Below are positions 29,601 through 30,243 of a stretch of 30,243 nucleotides of DNA, in pieces. The notes below the pieces were generated by a model, which saw only the letters and a list, made by a program, of their open reading frames with translations, did no database searches and had not been told where the DNA came from. The stretch comes from a virus (lineage: Duplodnaviria; Caudoviricetes). The position numbers were made by a program, and so were the translations under genes. Location: positions 1-30,243 of IMG/VR virus record IMGVR_UViG_3300027780_000047. One strand, 5' to 3'. Positions within the stretch are counted from its first letter, which is position 1, and each line of letters begins with the position of its first letter.

Positions 29601-29787
29601 AGATAATCCTAAAAAGAAAGACAGTTTAATAAACGTAAACAAAAGAAAAACAGTTATATATAAAGAAAATAAACCTGCACAAGTAAAAGCTTTATTAGCT
29701 TTAGGTTTAACTAAAAAGCAAATTGCTGAGTTAAAATACGAAAAAAATAGAGTTGATAAAATAATTGAACTTCAAAATAAAAACTAA
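20680..29787 (+). CDS. Giant polyvalent internal virion/ejection protein (zincin peptidase, sigma70-r2-like, EHxxP domain, HAD phosphatase, C-terminal helical ejection domain)
   Basis: 3035-aa ORF. HEIFH at 23815-23829 with downstream EEYVAN; 'MRNYKP...SLSTYL' at about 24540-24610; HAD motifs DLDDT, ILTAR, K, FADD at 26956-27366; position as third ejection gene. Confidence 0.8.
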   Translation: MTLLEKVQELQSIKPPLNETELRTRLDAWKLTNLEVEEFDSNVDSGIKQDPNVQIIKPSFDINPNVEVEEVEGNSEVVAEKGAAVITDPLLDAPIIEPTIFNNKRKKPLPFDILEDLKNKDFNSGIIPRETIKDTFSKFKIPSVQYDKNLQLAETLNVSVSEATEINSREFKRVNESFENATESYMNMFLPDKEDTPWSRTKTITQDAFFDEVDIDDDQKNFTSLADNPAFRKHVLNKVKEEQNASGEPLPSQETIDKIFSNLQDQFILEEQNDAQEAAAIAVNNFTSRAVIGNQNRILISSLNKDQKNLYFLNKESQVLLATINNTKDANTRADALEKLRLLSIEMERVAQEGDIVKYGDSSEIKFFFDPNTGQRVGTINVDESEVDTEEQSEFSKINNWTQNILDLEKEYKNEELETLEQGYNFMLLEWAENFNSLQSTVDLGGYSVEQQDYAISQKNSFNFKYEEIQESKARLAELEAIMSGPNSPSPLPLLNGDPSEYGEITKEIKDLKTFINDPKAYYDKNSDLHPVADRPGSPGKLSAQMRLNLLNSGYKPDYLGVFRNVKISDLVAYRSDKGQEIINDAIYTPYSENDQLTGGFSAENLRILVRKRNKLIQQREAYKSTYLLNLDPSTIKKTLGSSFQFFKEETAKAWGLSSEMGRGIEDGGSVRQGKVLFENMITDASLALTEEQKLQLKQPLYQRLAQELIAFGPDLAQFAIANKVLGVAGITARISKLLTSANSNTRIMGHAINALLEEGKFKLVTRGKSQDGGGVGFYLGGKFINKLLPFRFSGANARLNPILEKGVYGGIGGVTGSNAALVTEALLKDLRGNQAFMTTMEIDYGKDSDWAVSNFVSLMTFSLIGMSSMKSMDFQSMRTKRLKKIETEKEIIELRNKKALNIKEGFENTSVIDGTIKQKQNILDLVNRDINIADKYFNKLSIKDQIADRDSAQEALNSGKLSVKETAIANERINQVNANIQAATTKINKTFENVRKSNVLDKDVKMVLTEGTEGFQNKNNKAEFDPINNIIRIDLTQYRPGVENHEIFHVFYKMAVSNNPKVAKVLKNTIKDTVAKELSSETFTFEGQEGLSFEQAIDLAYGKNRPAEEYVANVIEFLSQPKYQDLLLKKGLIAGLTRNVDYIKNKIGFTTGAKEVDFTNAGETLKFLFDLNRNFGEGTPASLKRAYDLLQGIEVKGDKLFNKNTGQEVSDAKVMPSVDIKASELAVEYKENRSEMSNKNIIELQDQYMKLTADAIRRWAAKNGVPVDKIMNNPELEGRMLDQFESVMRNYKPINPVTGEAQSLSTYLNNFAGVRIGAPLVEAVAKDMQTTSISSEKLKELESIPTESSVDKNAKQQEVQDQIDLRDFIKDPKVLKKVNDAVIIDPSKITTLTAKNVSEQYLEPIGMELLDLSRGKINGTETLNYGPGSKDALKMQSLFKNLQDVRKFIQTMPKYSVGSNTAIINKRGENIDVSPDARGYSIGINPKILKTFYKKVEGASDMTSASGRSKGKTSQSAVWKLNFEPTIANARKLMEMIGITPSGEMNIPIKGPARTAYGQLLQGLTKMYIANIANTIVRSKINGEVLTAKGDNQIKADIKAGLPDILASRVIEETNRLEESNKKEIQSGNEQMDALFSAKELATFKYDMKAKAAAMLDAAKIYGDKYGDYGIERFFAPTNWTPGNKLSVLEKRNFNIISNKAKLDKISLVEAERLILAGEMLDLFSTRELAKAESGATKKSKEELAAFKEAVRGKTGVDQFKNAKDRDLFNEGVKEAYGLEKALFLSGPMGQAVYRELVYNSNLNSNQNRNQANAYIVEIGAMVKGKRKAETIDEHQLPAIRHAINKTRLFKNIYEFQKLNDLKSKEVAEYAADLYLEFMDKGYTQFLLKKTSDIIKGNLVDAKGKKWKNSDSTMHPIAELAMDNFIELAGKKGTTREQLKEAFDKIPSSDLRYFSSFGYLNANNLIEALKDGKTRSKAEEYSVDVAKEYRQNESVVVFQGSLIEAQILTKAGILTGEKAVTPEMARQLVDVYIADLAKPITKQVVKNTSSYGSKLIGVETIGKQVEVLENYDKARSEGVKKNKPVRKIRVMDLDDTLLKSKSKISVEMPDGTTFKINATEFAKRAAELETKGAEFDFTEFEKIIDGKKGPLFKVLENINAKNGTKDFFILTARPAAAAPAIKEFFDALGIPIPIENIVGLGDGKASAKANWIAGKAGEGYNDFYFADDAIKNVEAVRDILDQIDVKGKVQLALASKKIMFDKVFNDIIEQSTGIESYKEFSESKAKTIGGKKGRFTFFTTPSAEDFLGLLYKTLGKGKIGDAQIDFYNKNLIDTYNRAELAVTDAKISAAQDFKALKTNLKSLPKSLSKETGIGGFTFSHAARVSVWTKQGMKIPGLSKADVKELNDFVNKNPELSIFTDQLIQLQKGKLYPEPTKEWLAGNITTDVIGGINKVNRKQYLQEWQENVDIIFSDKNLNKLEAAYGSKYREALSETLYRMKTGSNRPLGGSRIVNEMMDWLNNSVGSIMFLNTRTAVLQTISSVNFLNWGNNNLLKAGKAFANQPQYWKDFKTLMNSPYLTERRDGLKINVSESEIADAVSQSRNKASGAINYLLNKGFVFTRIADSFAIAAGGSTFYRNQIEAYVKSGMEIKAAEKQAFEDFYAIAETNQQSSNASKISQQQASAAGRVVLAFGNTPMQYNRIIKKATQDLVAGRGDYKTHLSKIAYYAGMQNFVFNALQNALFAEAFGEDEEGDDEKLRAKQGRIADGMTDSLLRGVGIQGAAVVAIKDALITIFKENNKKSPKYDKAIDDLIGFSPPLSSKIRKLNSAANTFSWDKKKINQEGFNLNNPAYLASANIVSATTNIPLDRAIKKINNMRNVFSENSEAWQKVAMTMGWSSWDVGLPYYGVEGAGKPKTPAMIFEDTITEIKKNTSSKEQKQTLLDLGVSRSDLKKYKYEEDRIKKILELEKEFKDNPKKKDSLINVNKRKTVIYKENKPAQVKALLALGLTKKQIAELKYEKNRVDKIIELQNKN

Positions 29788-29789
29788 AA

Positions 29790-30071
29790 ATGAGTAACAA
29801 AATTTCAGAAAACACTGAACTAACTTTAGATTTAAAAACACTATTAATAATTGTAGCTTTTGTCGTAACCGTTGTAGGTATGTGGTTTGCTCTTCAAAAA
29901 GATATAGATCTTGCTAAAGAGTTGCCTAAACCAGAGGTTGGTAGAACAGAGTATGACTTAAAAGATCAATTAATCAGGGAAACTATAATGAACACGCAGG
30001 ATAAGGTAGAAGAAAATAGTGACAAGCTAGACAAAATAGACGAAAAACTTTATCAGATTATTAAAAAATAG
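29790..30071 (+). CDS. Small membrane-anchored coiled-coil protein (possible lysis accessory)
   Basis: Single TM segment 'LLIIVAFVVTVVGMWFAL' followed by a charged coiled coil. Confidence 0.7.
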   Translation: MSNKISENTELTLDLKTLLIIVAFVVTVVGMWFALQKDIDLAKELPKPEVGRTEYDLKDQLIRETIMNTQDKVEENSDKLDKIDEKLYQIIKK

Positions 30072-30076
30072 AAACT

Positions 30077-30243
30077 ATGAGAAACATTTTAATTTTAATA
30101 GCTATTTTTTTAGCTAGTAATATCTACGCACAGAAATACGTTTTGTTAGAAATTAATTCTGAATGGAACTGGAGAAACTCTGCTAAAATAGATAAAGTTG
30201 AAAATGTAGAACATAGAATAGCTTTACTAGAAGAACAATCACC
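30077..30243 (+). CDS. Secreted thioredoxin-fold-like protein, 3'-truncated (not in ORF track)
   Basis: ATG 30077 gives MRNILILIAIFLASNIYA|QKYVLLEINSEWNWRNSAKIDKVENVEHRIALLEEQS, open to the window end; Sec signal peptide, then a Trx-like strand plus WNxxN. Confidence 0.6.
   Translation, partial: MRNILILIAIFLASNIYAQKYVLLEINSEWNWRNSAKIDKVENVEHRIALLEEQS

Noticed and set aside
686-29642. Minus-strand ORFs in the track and the nested plus-strand ORF 3447..3653
   Set aside because: They lie antisense to or inside well-supported genes and have shadow-like composition with no motifs.
20680-29787. Virion RNA polymerase as in crAss-like or N4 phages
   Set aside because: No convincing catalytic DFDxD/DxDGD motif in a double-psi-barrel context; 'DEVDIDDD' near 21310 lies in an acidic low-complexity stretch. 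A highly divergent polymerase cannot be fully excluded without structure prediction.
1-30243. Stop-codon reassignment as in some crAss-like phages
   Set aside because: Long ORFs tile the window under the standard code, and TAG (1028, 12637, 30071) and TGA (2185) behave as true stops.
1-30243. CRISPR array, tRNA, integrase, or diversity-generating retroelement
   Set aside because: No regularly spaced repeats, cloverleaf, recombinase or reverse transcriptase seen. The GxGY copies are diverged at DNA level and do not show adenine-specific TR/VR differences.

Overview
AT-rich, gene-dense, entirely plus-strand segment of a tailed dsDNA phage, covering the virion morphogenesis module of a podovirus. 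Gene order: truncated 3TM holin, capsid spike-base-like protein, two small proteins, tandem GroES-like protein, TerS, TerL, portal, scaffold, major capsid protein, structural protein, two tail ring/adaptor proteins, a muzzle/tail-stabilisation protein split over two genes, two putative ejection proteins, a 3035-aa polyvalent ejection protein, a small membrane protein, and a truncated secreted thioredoxin-like protein. The gene order and motifs resemble Bacteroidota (Flavobacteriia) podoviruses of the crAss-like/Cellulophaga-phage neighbourhood. SD-less A-rich leaders and an A|Q signal peptide support a Bacteroidota host. Most notable: (1) the giant virion protein has no recognisable RNAP motif but carries a zincin HExxH peptidase, a sigma70 region-2-like domain, an EHxxP domain and a HAD phosphatase, separated by similar xxAS[RK]-type linkers, which suggests a self-processing injected host-takeover polyprotein; (2) one GxGY beta-module is inserted into three different structural proteins and is nested inside itself in the spike-base protein; (3) identical 22-nt and 15-nt non-coding motifs lie upstream of structural genes. 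All family assignments come from motif recognition by eye; no searches were run.
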